Made by a program: the position numbers and the translations under genes. Shown here piece by piece: positions 24,737-32,000 of a DNA stretch of 32,000 nt. How positions within the stretch are numbered: the stretch's first letter is position 1; every line of letters begins with the position of its first letter. The stretch comes from Megasphaera elsdenii DSM 20460. GTDB taxonomy: Bacteria > Bacillota > Negativicutes > Veillonellales > Megasphaeraceae. Where the stretch lies: positions 210,001 through 242,000 of the forward strand of contig NZ_CP027570.1 in NCBI RefSeq assembly GCF_003010495.1. Reading direction: 5' to 3'. The notes under the pieces are model-generated. The model saw only the letters and a list, made by a program, of their open reading frames with translations. It had not been told where the DNA came from and made no database searches.

Positions 24737-26992
24737 TTATGCTTTATTATCAGCTCCACCAACGATAATAGCATCTGTGCCGGTTTGTTGTACTTTATCT
24801 GTGGAAAGAGTTTTATTGTTAACTCCACCAACAATCAGTGCTCTTTCACTGTTTTTGTCAATATCATTATTCATGCCGCCTACAAGAACAGAATCTTTTG
24901 CATGAGCACCAAATGTAAAGTTTTTATCTCTCTCATCCCGAATCTTATTGATTGCGCCGCCGCCTATAATCAGTGAGTTTTCCCCATCTGCTTCAAAAGT
25001 AACCTTGCCCTTTCCACCGTATGTATTCCCATAGTTCTTTCCCAGATTACGTTCCAGACTAATTGTATTGCCTTCTTTTTCAAGGCCCCAGCCGGCATTG
25101 ACTGTCAAATCCTTCGTCAAATCAGTTTTTACAGCATTCAGCTGTTGGCCTGTAATAGCATCAGTAGACGTAGTACTTACATCGCCATTTGCCAGACCAG
25201 TAACCTTGTGTTCGCTAACGTTGACATCGCCGCCGGAGATGGTGGTACCATTTGCTCCTAATTCAATTTTGGCACCGGTGGAGTTTGTTGTGCTCTGGCT
25301 GGTGATGGAGGTGATGCCTTTCAGGTCCTTATTCAGCTTGATTTCCAGTTTGGATGCCTGAGTCGTGCCATCCGCACTTTCTGCTGCCGGAGTTGAAACG
25401 ACACCGATATTTCCTTCTGTCAAATCTTTTTCCGTTGCAGCGCCGCCCGTGATATTGAGCGTCATGTTGAGTTTTGTTGGAGTTTGGGTGTAGTCTTTCG
25501 GCACATCTTTTTGCACATCGCCGGTAAAGGTAATGCCATCATCCAGATTGGCAATGTATTCAGTTCCACTCATGGTGTTTGAATATACCAGACGTCCTTT
25601 CAGGTTATCCGGTGCGTCCGTAGCACTATGCAAATAGGTAGAATCTATTTTCCCATTAGGATCAATGTTGTTAAAGGCAATATATCCTTGTGCATTACGA
25701 TTCCAGTCCTCTCCTACACCAAGGACTACGCCACGCTTTGTCCCTGAAGCACCTTCTTCACTTCCATAGTAGACGCTGACCGTAGAGCCATCAATGCTCA
25801 CACGATTTCCCAAGTTACTGGCTTCAGTAGAATCGGAATACACATTCAGGCTGCCACCCTCGCCTTTAGTCGCTTCCCCAAGGACGATATCCTTGTTCAG
25901 ACCGATTTTGACGTTAGAGCCATCGTTAGAAATCTTTACGTTTTTATGATCCGTTGTCCCGTTCTTTCCATCAACAGCAGGCGAAAAGTCGACAGTCTTG
26001 CCAGAGGTAATAGTTGTGGAAGAGCTGTAACCGTTGGTGCTTAGGTTCCAGCCCGTAGTCCCGATGGACTTAATGGCTTTGTTCATCTGTCCCACCGTAG
26101 CCACATCGGTAGTTTCGGTACCGTCGGCGACATTGGTAATGCGACGCTTAAGCTTAAGGTTTGCATTACCTACGGAGACGTAAGAATCATTTTTATCTGT
26201 AGATGTAGCATCTGAATAGGAACCAATGGCGATATTACCGTCTTTTGAATGAGCGTTATAGCCTAAAGCTACAGAAGCTCCCTGGATTGTCGGGTTTTCT
26301 TTTATTCCATAAGTATCATCACTTACTGTACCAGAAGTATTAGCCTTCCCTACTTCTTCTACAACTTGGCTCTCCATCTTTGAATTTTCAGCTTTTGCAT
26401 TAGAGCCGATGGCAATAGAACCCCAACCGGTAGCATCAGATTGGAACCCAACAGATGTCACATAGTTGTTTTTCATCCCAGCAGGAGCATTATCCCCATT
26501 ATTATATCCACTATGTTCACCAATGAATACACTGCCTTTTGACTGGCCGGCATTGCGATCACCAATGGTAACCGTCTGCTGTCCTGCCTGTGCATATAAC
26601 CCCGCAGTGATGGCGCCAGGTAACTTTGCACCACCGCCCTGATAGTTCGGCAAGTCGTGCCGTGAACGATTATTAAAGATATCCGTTGCTTTATATTGAT
26701 ATGTTTTCCATTTCTTATCCTTATCCTTTTCCTTTTCGTCATAGTACCAATAGTAATCATTGGCTCCCACAAAATCATTATTCCGTAAGCTTTCAGTGCC
26801 GTCGGCCGCCTGCACCACTGGCATCCCTACAAACGAGAAAGCTCCCAATGCCAGCAACACAGCTGCCGTCAGGGCTGTTTTGCTTCTGACTGTATGACTT
26901 TGTGTGGTTTTGCAATGACTTTTTGCTAGTTCCGAGACGACAACGTAGCAATGTCTGGTTTTGCTGTAAATGACTTTAAATATTTTGTTCAT
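24737..26992 (-). CDS. trimeric autotransporter adhesin, upstream 751-codon part (ESPR signal peptide plus head and stalk repeats), ends at an in-frame TAA
   Basis: MNKIFKVIYSKTRHCYVVVSELAKS... is the extended signal peptide region, followed by a hydrophobic signal ending VVQA. There is no membrane anchor. ATG at 26992 has better AAGGA spacing than the track start at 27004. Confidence 0.85.
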   Translation of the reverse strand: MNKIFKVIYSKTRHCYVVVSELAKSHCKTTQSHTVRSKTALTAAVLLALGAFSFVGMPVVQAADGTESLRNNDFVGANDYYWYYDEKEKDKDKKWKTYQYKATDIFNNRSRHDLPNYQGGGAKLPGAITAGLYAQAGQQTVTIGDRNAGQSKGSVFIGEHSGYNNGDNAPAGMKNNYVTSVGFQSDATGWGSIAIGSNAKAENSKMESQVVEEVGKANTSGTVSDDTYGIKENPTIQGASVALGYNAHSKDGNIAIGSYSDATSTDKNDSYVSVGNANLKLKRRITNVADGTETTDVATVGQMNKAIKSIGTTGWNLSTNGYSSSTTITSGKTVDFSPAVDGKNGTTDHKNVKISNDGSNVKIGLNKDIVLGEATKGEGGSLNVYSDSTEASNLGNRVSIDGSTVSVYYGSEEGASGTKRGVVLGVGEDWNRNAQGYIAFNNIDPNGKIDSTYLHSATDAPDNLKGRLVYSNTMSGTEYIANLDDGITFTGDVQKDVPKDYTQTPTKLNMTLNITGGAATEKDLTEGNIGVVSTPAAESADGTTQASKLEIKLNKDLKGITSITSQSTTNSTGAKIELGANGTTISGGDVNVSEHKVTGLANGDVSTTSTDAITGQQLNAVKTDLTKDLTVNAGWGLEKEGNTISLERNLGKNYGNTYGGKGKVTFEADGENSLIIGGGAINKIRDERDKNFTFGAHAKDSVLVGGMNNDIDKNSERALIVGGVNNKTLSTDKVQQTGTDAIIVGGADNKA

Positions 26993-27367
26993 AATTTTGC
27001 GCATCCTTTGCTTATAATGACTTCACCTTATATACCATGTAAAATTTTTTTCGATGCACCGCCTTTCACTATATTGCATTTTTATGTATTTTATATGGTC
27101 TTTTTGTGATATCATTATAGCACTTATTTTTGTTAATAAAAGGCTTACTAAAGCCATTTTGCAGCTGTGTAGACATTTATTTGTTATTACTTTTTTATTC
27201 TTTTTATTGTAAATTATTAATATTTATTTAATACTATATATTAATAAAATATTACAAAAAATTTTACAAAAAAAAGAGCATTCCATGGAAATCCTCGCTT
27301 GAGGGGTTCATAAAATGCTCTCTTTTTGTATATAGACTTGGGACAATTTCACAGGAAATCTGCACAT

Positions 27368-27405
27368 AAAAAAGACCGTGCATGATGAAACCATCATACA
27401 CGATC
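27368..27405 (-). terminator. intrinsic terminator of the PPC-domain gene
   Basis: The minus-strand RNA is GAUCGUGUAUGAUG-GUUU-CAUCAUGCACGGUC followed by U6. A second hairpin (agagcatt...aatgctct) lies at 27275..27322. Confidence 0.75.
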
Positions 27406-27408
27406 CCG

Positions 27409-27858
27409 TTAATCTGTTTCTGTCCCGAAATCCCAAAATCCGGTTCCCGTTTCCGGGTCATATTTCCGCCGAATTCGTCCGCCAAGGACGGGCCGTAGTT
27501 CGATTTCAGCCGTGTACAGAACTTCAATCGACTTGATATGCCCTGCCGCAATGTGATGTTCGCCATCTTTTTTATAAGAAAAAGCCGCGTGGGTGTGATG
27601 GAAATAGGTACCCGCATCATCAGTAACGACATTCCCAGTCAGCGAGACTAGTTCCAGCATTCCTTTCAGCTCTTGGACCTCAAAACTCCCCGTTTCCGGA
27701 ATGAACGTCTGGATTTCGGCCGAACGGCAGCCGCCAATACCTGAAAAAATAGCCGATTCAATCTGTTCTTTCTGACAAATCCCTAAAATCGAACTGATAA
27801 TCTCATCGCCCCGATCCAGCCGAATATAATAAGTTTCCCCAAATTTACGATAATCCAT
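27409..27858 (-). CDS. PPC (DUF296) domain DNA-binding protein
   Basis: 149 aa: MDYRKFGETYYIRLDRGDEIISSI...LVSLTGNV....HHTHAAF...GGHI is the DUF296 pattern. RBS is AAGGAGG. Confidence 0.82.
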   Translation of the reverse strand: MDYRKFGETYYIRLDRGDEIISSILGICQKEQIESAIFSGIGGCRSAEIQTFIPETGSFEVQELKGMLELVSLTGNVVTDDAGTYFHHTHAAFSYKKDGEHHIAAGHIKSIEVLYTAEIELRPVLGGRIRRKYDPETGTGFWDFGTETD

Positions 27859-27958
27859 ATGTCATGCCTCCTTGTAGCACACTGACCTACTGCCATTGTA
27901 AAGCCGGCACCAGAAAAGAGTCAAGGCAAGCACCATGGCGGTATTTTGGTAATTGCTC

Positions 27959-28936
27959 CTAAATCAATTTATTTTGTTTAGCAAGTTCCTTGATGATGGA
28001 AAGTGATAATTTGGTATACTTTGCGACTTTGTCTAAATCCACACCATCCTTGAGCATTTCCAAAGCTGATTCCAATTTTCCCTTCATCAGACCATCTTCA
28101 TACAATCCTTCTCCTAAGTTGCACATGAGCTTCAAATCCCCCTCTCCTTCTTGTGTCAAATCAATCCCAAAATCATTATGCAGGGCCGTAATCTTTTCGT
28201 TGGCATTCTTTGACGATTTGAACATCAAATCAAGCAGATTTATCAGCTGGTCCTTGACTTTGCTGTTTCCCAGATAGACAAAGATGATGCCCATGAGGTC
28301 ATAATTCTGACACGGTTCTTTATAGCGGTGCAGCAAATGCTGTTCTTTCAGCTGATAGCGGTTGATAGCGCTTTTTCCCTGCGGGGCTTCCATGCAAATC
28401 CAAATGGTATAGACCTTCTTTATTTTATCGTAGTCGCTATTGGTAAATTCGGTTCCTTTTTGCGAAGAAATCAAACGGCTGGCATAATAGACAGCTCTTT
28501 TTAATAAAGGATAGGTATCTCCCATTTTCTTTTTCGGGTTCAATCGTTTTTGTGCTTCCACATTGATAATCAGCGTAATAAGCTCATTCGTTTCCGGTGC
28601 CTTCGCCCGAAACAAGATATCAAAGACGATGGAGCCTTCCGTTATGCTGTTATCTTCATTCTGTGCCCCTTTGATTTTCGGTGTATCCTGTCGCTCCAAG
28701 GCGTGTCTAACCGCATTCGTTTTGTCCTTGGAAACCGGAACCGTACTGACTTCCGGCGTTCCTTCGATGTAGATATTGGCAATATCATCGAGGCTGGCCG
28801 ATTCAAATTCGGGAACCGTCCGTTTCAAGATATAAGCCAGCACCTTTTTCTGTGATAAAACGCCTTTAGCTGCTTGATCGTAATCCAATGCGCCCACCAG
28901 CTGTTCCTTTACATCCTGCATTATCTCCTCATTCAT
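27959..28936 (-). CDS. Rpn-family recombination-promoting nuclease / PD-(D/E)XK putative transposase
   Basis: 325 aa with the core ...GSIVFDILFRAKAPETNELITLIINVEAQKRLN...YYASRLISSQ typical of YhgA/Rpn-like proteins. RBS is GGGAGGTG. Confidence 0.8.
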   Translation of the reverse strand: MNEEIMQDVKEQLVGALDYDQAAKGVLSQKKVLAYILKRTVPEFESASLDDIANIYIEGTPEVSTVPVSKDKTNAVRHALERQDTPKIKGAQNEDNSITEGSIVFDILFRAKAPETNELITLIINVEAQKRLNPKKKMGDTYPLLKRAVYYASRLISSQKGTEFTNSDYDKIKKVYTIWICMEAPQGKSAINRYQLKEQHLLHRYKEPCQNYDLMGIIFVYLGNSKVKDQLINLLDLMFKSSKNANEKITALHNDFGIDLTQEGEGDLKLMCNLGEGLYEDGLMKGKLESALEMLKDGVDLDKVAKYTKLSLSIIKELAKQNKLI

Positions 28937-29039
28937 CGGCTACACCTCCCTTTTTCTTTATTGTATCAAATCCAAACTCTTTATACAATCAGGGAGCCCC
29001 TCGAAAAGCAATGGTCCGCAGTCCGTAAAGGCTCTCCAT

Positions 29040-29560
29040 AATGTCAGAACCAGATGTTGTTAAATATCACAGCGGGCCGCCCTAACCGGGACGGCCCCTA
29101 CGCACAAGGCCAGAGGCCGTGTATTTTTGTAGCCAGTAAACAGAGTTCCCATTTATCGCCTGTCTGCGATTCCGTAGGGGACGTCCTGAGCAAGGTGTCC
29201 AGCTACAGCTGTCCGTTTTGGCAACCGCCCTGCGCCTTCCTCTGGTCGGCACCTGACGGGCCAAAAAGGCCGCGTGAATCCCGTGTACAGCCAGAATTTA
29301 TGACGAATGGCACAGGGTTGTAATACAATTCTGAGTTTATCGCGGCGAAGCCGCATCTGAATCCGAGGAAAATCCCGTGAATCGTATTTCGTAAAGGCTC
29401 ACTATTATACTCGAATGGGTTATAATCCACTCTCATAGCGGGACGCACTTTAGGCGTCCCCTACGCACAAGGCCGTTGGCCGTGCAGTTTTTGGCGACCT
29501 GCGGCCTGCGTTCTTTTCCTGTCGCCTGTATGCGATAACGAATGATACATGGCCATAATC
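29040..29560. repeat. cluster of GC-rich structured intergenic repeats (two ~150-bp diverged direct copies flanking a unit related to 19303..19450)
   Basis: 29010..29165 and 29385..29545 align: cgtaaaggctc...agcggg.cgc...cccctacgcacaaggcc....gccgtg...tcgcctgt.tgcgat..cg. The overlapping short track ORFs have no RBS. Confidence 0.7.
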
Positions 29561-29723
29561 TCATCGAGATAGGATTAACAATTTCCTAAAAAATCGAAGG
29601 TCGATTTGGGTCTAGCTTCTTCTAAGATTACGGGTCATCATTGCTCTCAGGGATAAATTGTGAGATAATTTAATAAAGATATAGATTTTGGGTAATATGC
29701 TTCAACTTGCAAGGAGATTAACT

Positions 29724-32000
29724 ATGGAACCTGCTGTTTGTACAACGAATCTGAAACCGTTCACGGACATATTCGAGGACTTACCCTGCTGTTTTTACAT
29801 CGTGCAGGCACAGGAGCCTTTTTCACTGCTTTATGCCAATGGAGAAACGCTGCGGCTCTTCGATTGCCGGAATTTGGAGGAATTTCGTCACCATATCCGT
29901 AATAACGGACGCAATGTAGTCGCCATAAATGACCAGCCCCGGTTTATGGAAGAAGTTCAACGGGAGCTGATAGAAAAACAAGGCCGTTTCGCTCATGTCC
30001 AGGCCCATTTGTTCACGCGGGAAAACCGCATCCGCTATGCGGACATATCCGGTCGCAAGGTGGATACGGAAATCTGGGGAAAGGTAATCTACTGCACCCT
30101 CCAGGAAATCGACATTCCCCAGAACGGTCATCGGGTAGACCGGGACATCCAGGACTATGTCACCCAGCATCTGGACGAAGCCCTGGAAAAGCATTGGATT
30201 CAAGTATACTATCAGCCGATCATCCGCACTTTGACGGGAAAACTATGTGGCATGGAAGCCCTGGCCCGCTGGGTCGACCCCCAGGTCGGCTTTCTGTCTC
30301 CGGCTTCTTTCATCCCGATTTTGGAACAGGTCCGTCTGATCCATCGCCTGGATACGTATGTACTGGAGGAAGTCTGCCGGATGCTGCGTCAGCGCTTGGA
30401 TGAAAACCTGCCCATTACGCCGATTTCTTTTAACCTGTCCAAATACGATTTTGACAATATGGATGTCTTCACGGTAGTAGAAAATATGCGAAAAAAATAT
30501 AGTCTGCCCCGCGATTTCCTCCATGTAGAAATCACAGAAAGCGTACTGGCACAGAATGCCCAGGAAATACACCAGACCATCGACCGCCTGCGGAACGAAG
30601 GCTATGAAGTCTGGCTGGATGACTTCGGCAGTGGCTACTCCTCCCTGAATGTCTTGAAGGACTACCGGTTAGACTTGATTAAACTGGATATGAGCTTCCT
30701 CCGGAACTTTACGGAAGTCTCCCGAAGTATCGTGTCCTCTGTCATCATCATGGCCAAACGGCTGGGAATCAAGACTTTGGTCGAAGGGGTAGAAACCAAG
30801 GAACAGGCAGATTATCTGGCCTCTATTGGCTGTGGCCGTCAGCAGGGTTACTATTATGGCAAACCGCAGCCCCTGACCGGCGTCTTAGCACATATGGAAG
30901 CAGAAGGCCGCACGACGGAACCTCGGAAATGGTTCCATTTCTACGACATGGCCAGTATGTCCATCCATGAAACGGACCGGACCAGCGCCCTTTACGAGAT
31001 GGATGAGACAGGCTATCTCCGCTATATCTATACGAACCAACCCTATCGGGATGAAATCCGAAAAATGGGCTACAGCCTAGCGGACGTCGAAAAGAATATG
31101 AATCAGCCGAAAAAGCTGGAGGTTATCCGTACTTTCCGCACTTATATCGAATTATCCCGGAAAAGCCATCAGCTGGAAACCTACTACTATATCGACGACG
31201 GAGATTATATCGGCGTCCGAATCCGGGTAATCTGTGAAATGAACCGCCATCTGCTGATTCATACGGAGTTTCAGAACATTTCCCAAAGCACTCCCGGTCT
31301 CCAGCAGAACAAGCTGGACGCCAATCTCCGGTACTTGTACGATTTATTTGAAGATGTATACCTGATATCCCCTCAGGAGGACACGATAGAGCATCTTTAC
31401 GCCAACAATAACAGCAGCCAGTTTCTCTTCCAGGGAAAGGCGCAGAATATCCAGGAAACACTCCAGCAATTTGCCCAGCAGCGCGTCTACGAAGAAGACC
31501 GGGCCAGTTACCTGGCCTTTGCCGACCTGACCACCATAAAACAGCGGCTCAGCCAAAATGCGTCGGGAAGCCTCTCCTGCTTTTTCCGTTCCAAAGATAA
31601 GCATGGCAACTACAAATGGCGGGAATGTATGGTCGTCCTGCTATACAATGTCCAGCATCCCCTGCTGCTGGTAGCCGTCCGGACAATCGATAACCCCGTG
31701 ACGGTATCTGCTGTTTCCCGCGGAACCACCGATGCTCTCCCTGCCCTGCTATGGGCCAATTTCAAAAAAAATACCCGCTTCAATTATTTCTGGAAAGACA
31801 AAAATCGCCGCTTCCTGGGAGCCAGCCAGTCCTTTCTCCATCACTACGGTCTTCAGTCAGAAGAAGAAATCATTGGCAAAACCGATGAGGATATGAATTG
31901 GCATATGGATAATGCCCCTTACCGAAATGATGAACTGGATGTACTACACCAAGGAAAATTTATCGAAAATGTGCCGGGCGAATGTATTGTAAAAGGAATC
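29724..32000 (+). CDS. c-di-GMP signalling protein: N-terminal PAS-like region, EAL phosphodiesterase domain, further PAS-like regions; 3' end beyond the window
   Basis: ATG at 29724 follows AAGGAG. 759 codons are open to the window edge, so it is absent from the ORF track. EAL-domain blocks are QPIIRTLTGKLCGMEALARW, EITES, WLDDFGSGYSSL and EGVETKEQ. Confidence 0.9.
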   Translation, partial: MEPAVCTTNLKPFTDIFEDLPCCFYIVQAQEPFSLLYANGETLRLFDCRNLEEFRHHIRNNGRNVVAINDQPRFMEEVQRELIEKQGRFAHVQAHLFTRENRIRYADISGRKVDTEIWGKVIYCTLQEIDIPQNGHRVDRDIQDYVTQHLDEALEKHWIQVYYQPIIRTLTGKLCGMEALARWVDPQVGFLSPASFIPILEQVRLIHRLDTYVLEEVCRMLRQRLDENLPITPISFNLSKYDFDNMDVFTVVENMRKKYSLPRDFLHVEITESVLAQNAQEIHQTIDRLRNEGYEVWLDDFGSGYSSLNVLKDYRLDLIKLDMSFLRNFTEVSRSIVSSVIIMAKRLGIKTLVEGVETKEQADYLASIGCGRQQGYYYGKPQPLTGVLAHMEAEGRTTEPRKWFHFYDMASMSIHETDRTSALYEMDETGYLRYIYTNQPYRDEIRKMGYSLADVEKNMNQPKKLEVIRTFRTYIELSRKSHQLETYYYIDDGDYIGVRIRVICEMNRHLLIHTEFQNISQSTPGLQQNKLDANLRYLYDLFEDVYLISPQEDTIEHLYANNNSSQFLFQGKAQNIQETLQQFAQQRVYEEDRASYLAFADLTTIKQRLSQNASGSLSCFFRSKDKHGNYKWRECMVVLLYNVQHPLLLVAVRTIDNPVTVSAVSRGTTDALPALLWANFKKNTRFNYFWKDKNRRFLGASQSFLHHYGLQSEEEIIGKTDEDMNWHMDNAPYRNDELDVLHQGKFIENVPGECIVKGI

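Noticed and set aside
24737-24739. Recoding of the adhesin in-frame stop as selenocysteine or pyrrolysine
   Set aside because: The codon is TAA, not TGA or TAG, and no SECIS- or PYLIS-like hairpin is evident immediately downstream.
29823-31604. Minus-strand ORFs 29823..30203, 30243..30572, 31123..31461 and 31344..31604
   Set aside because: They are antisense to the 759-codon open PAS/EAL frame that starts at 29724 with an AAGGAG RBS and carries clear EAL motifs.

Overview
32-kb window, almost entirely minus-strand coding. It looks like a diderm Firmicute (Negativicutes/Veillonellaceae-like). That taxon call is inference only, based on AGGAGG-type RBSs together with an ESPR-bearing trimeric autotransporter and porin remnants. 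Region 1-7330 holds ordinary redox and sugar housekeeping genes: LMW phosphotyrosine phosphatase, HxlR regulator, flavodoxin-like protein, esterase, DUF2249/CMD protein, GH1 6-phospho-beta-glucosidase, ferredoxin-nitroreductase and flavin reductase. It also holds one chimeric pseudogene. Region 7396-11990 is a mobile-element and decay zone. It contains a tnpB-only IS200/IS605 element, then 42 bp later a structurally intact class C (IIC) group II intron inserted just after an intrinsic terminator, then remnants of a porin, an ldh 3' end and an NhaC transporter. The ldh-3'-end/porin-remnant/intron-target segment is duplicated at 14324-14734 next to the intact ldh. That copy carries the uninterrupted intron target and the unoccupied IS target, so the intron ends and the IS left end can be placed to the nucleotide. 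Region 12015-16628 holds an AEC transporter, KptA, two SAM methyltransferases and ldh. Region 16630-29700 is an AT-richer accessory stretch. It holds a cI/cro-like switch driving a secreted protein and a zinc-ribbon membrane protein, and an orphan RelB/DinJ antitoxin that is missing from the ORF track. It also holds a trimeric autotransporter adhesin of about 2,420 codons split by one in-frame TAA stop, a PPC/DUF296 protein and an Rpn-family nuclease. Its modules are separated by a family of GC-rich structured intergenic repeats. The window ends in a PAS/EAL c-di-GMP signalling gene that runs off the edge and is also absent from the ORF track. The least expected small-scale signal is a set of heptamer-periodic stop-codon ladders on the coding strand next to terminators in the left half. 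No rRNA, tRNA or CRISPR array was seen. All homology calls come from reading translations by eye, without any database search.
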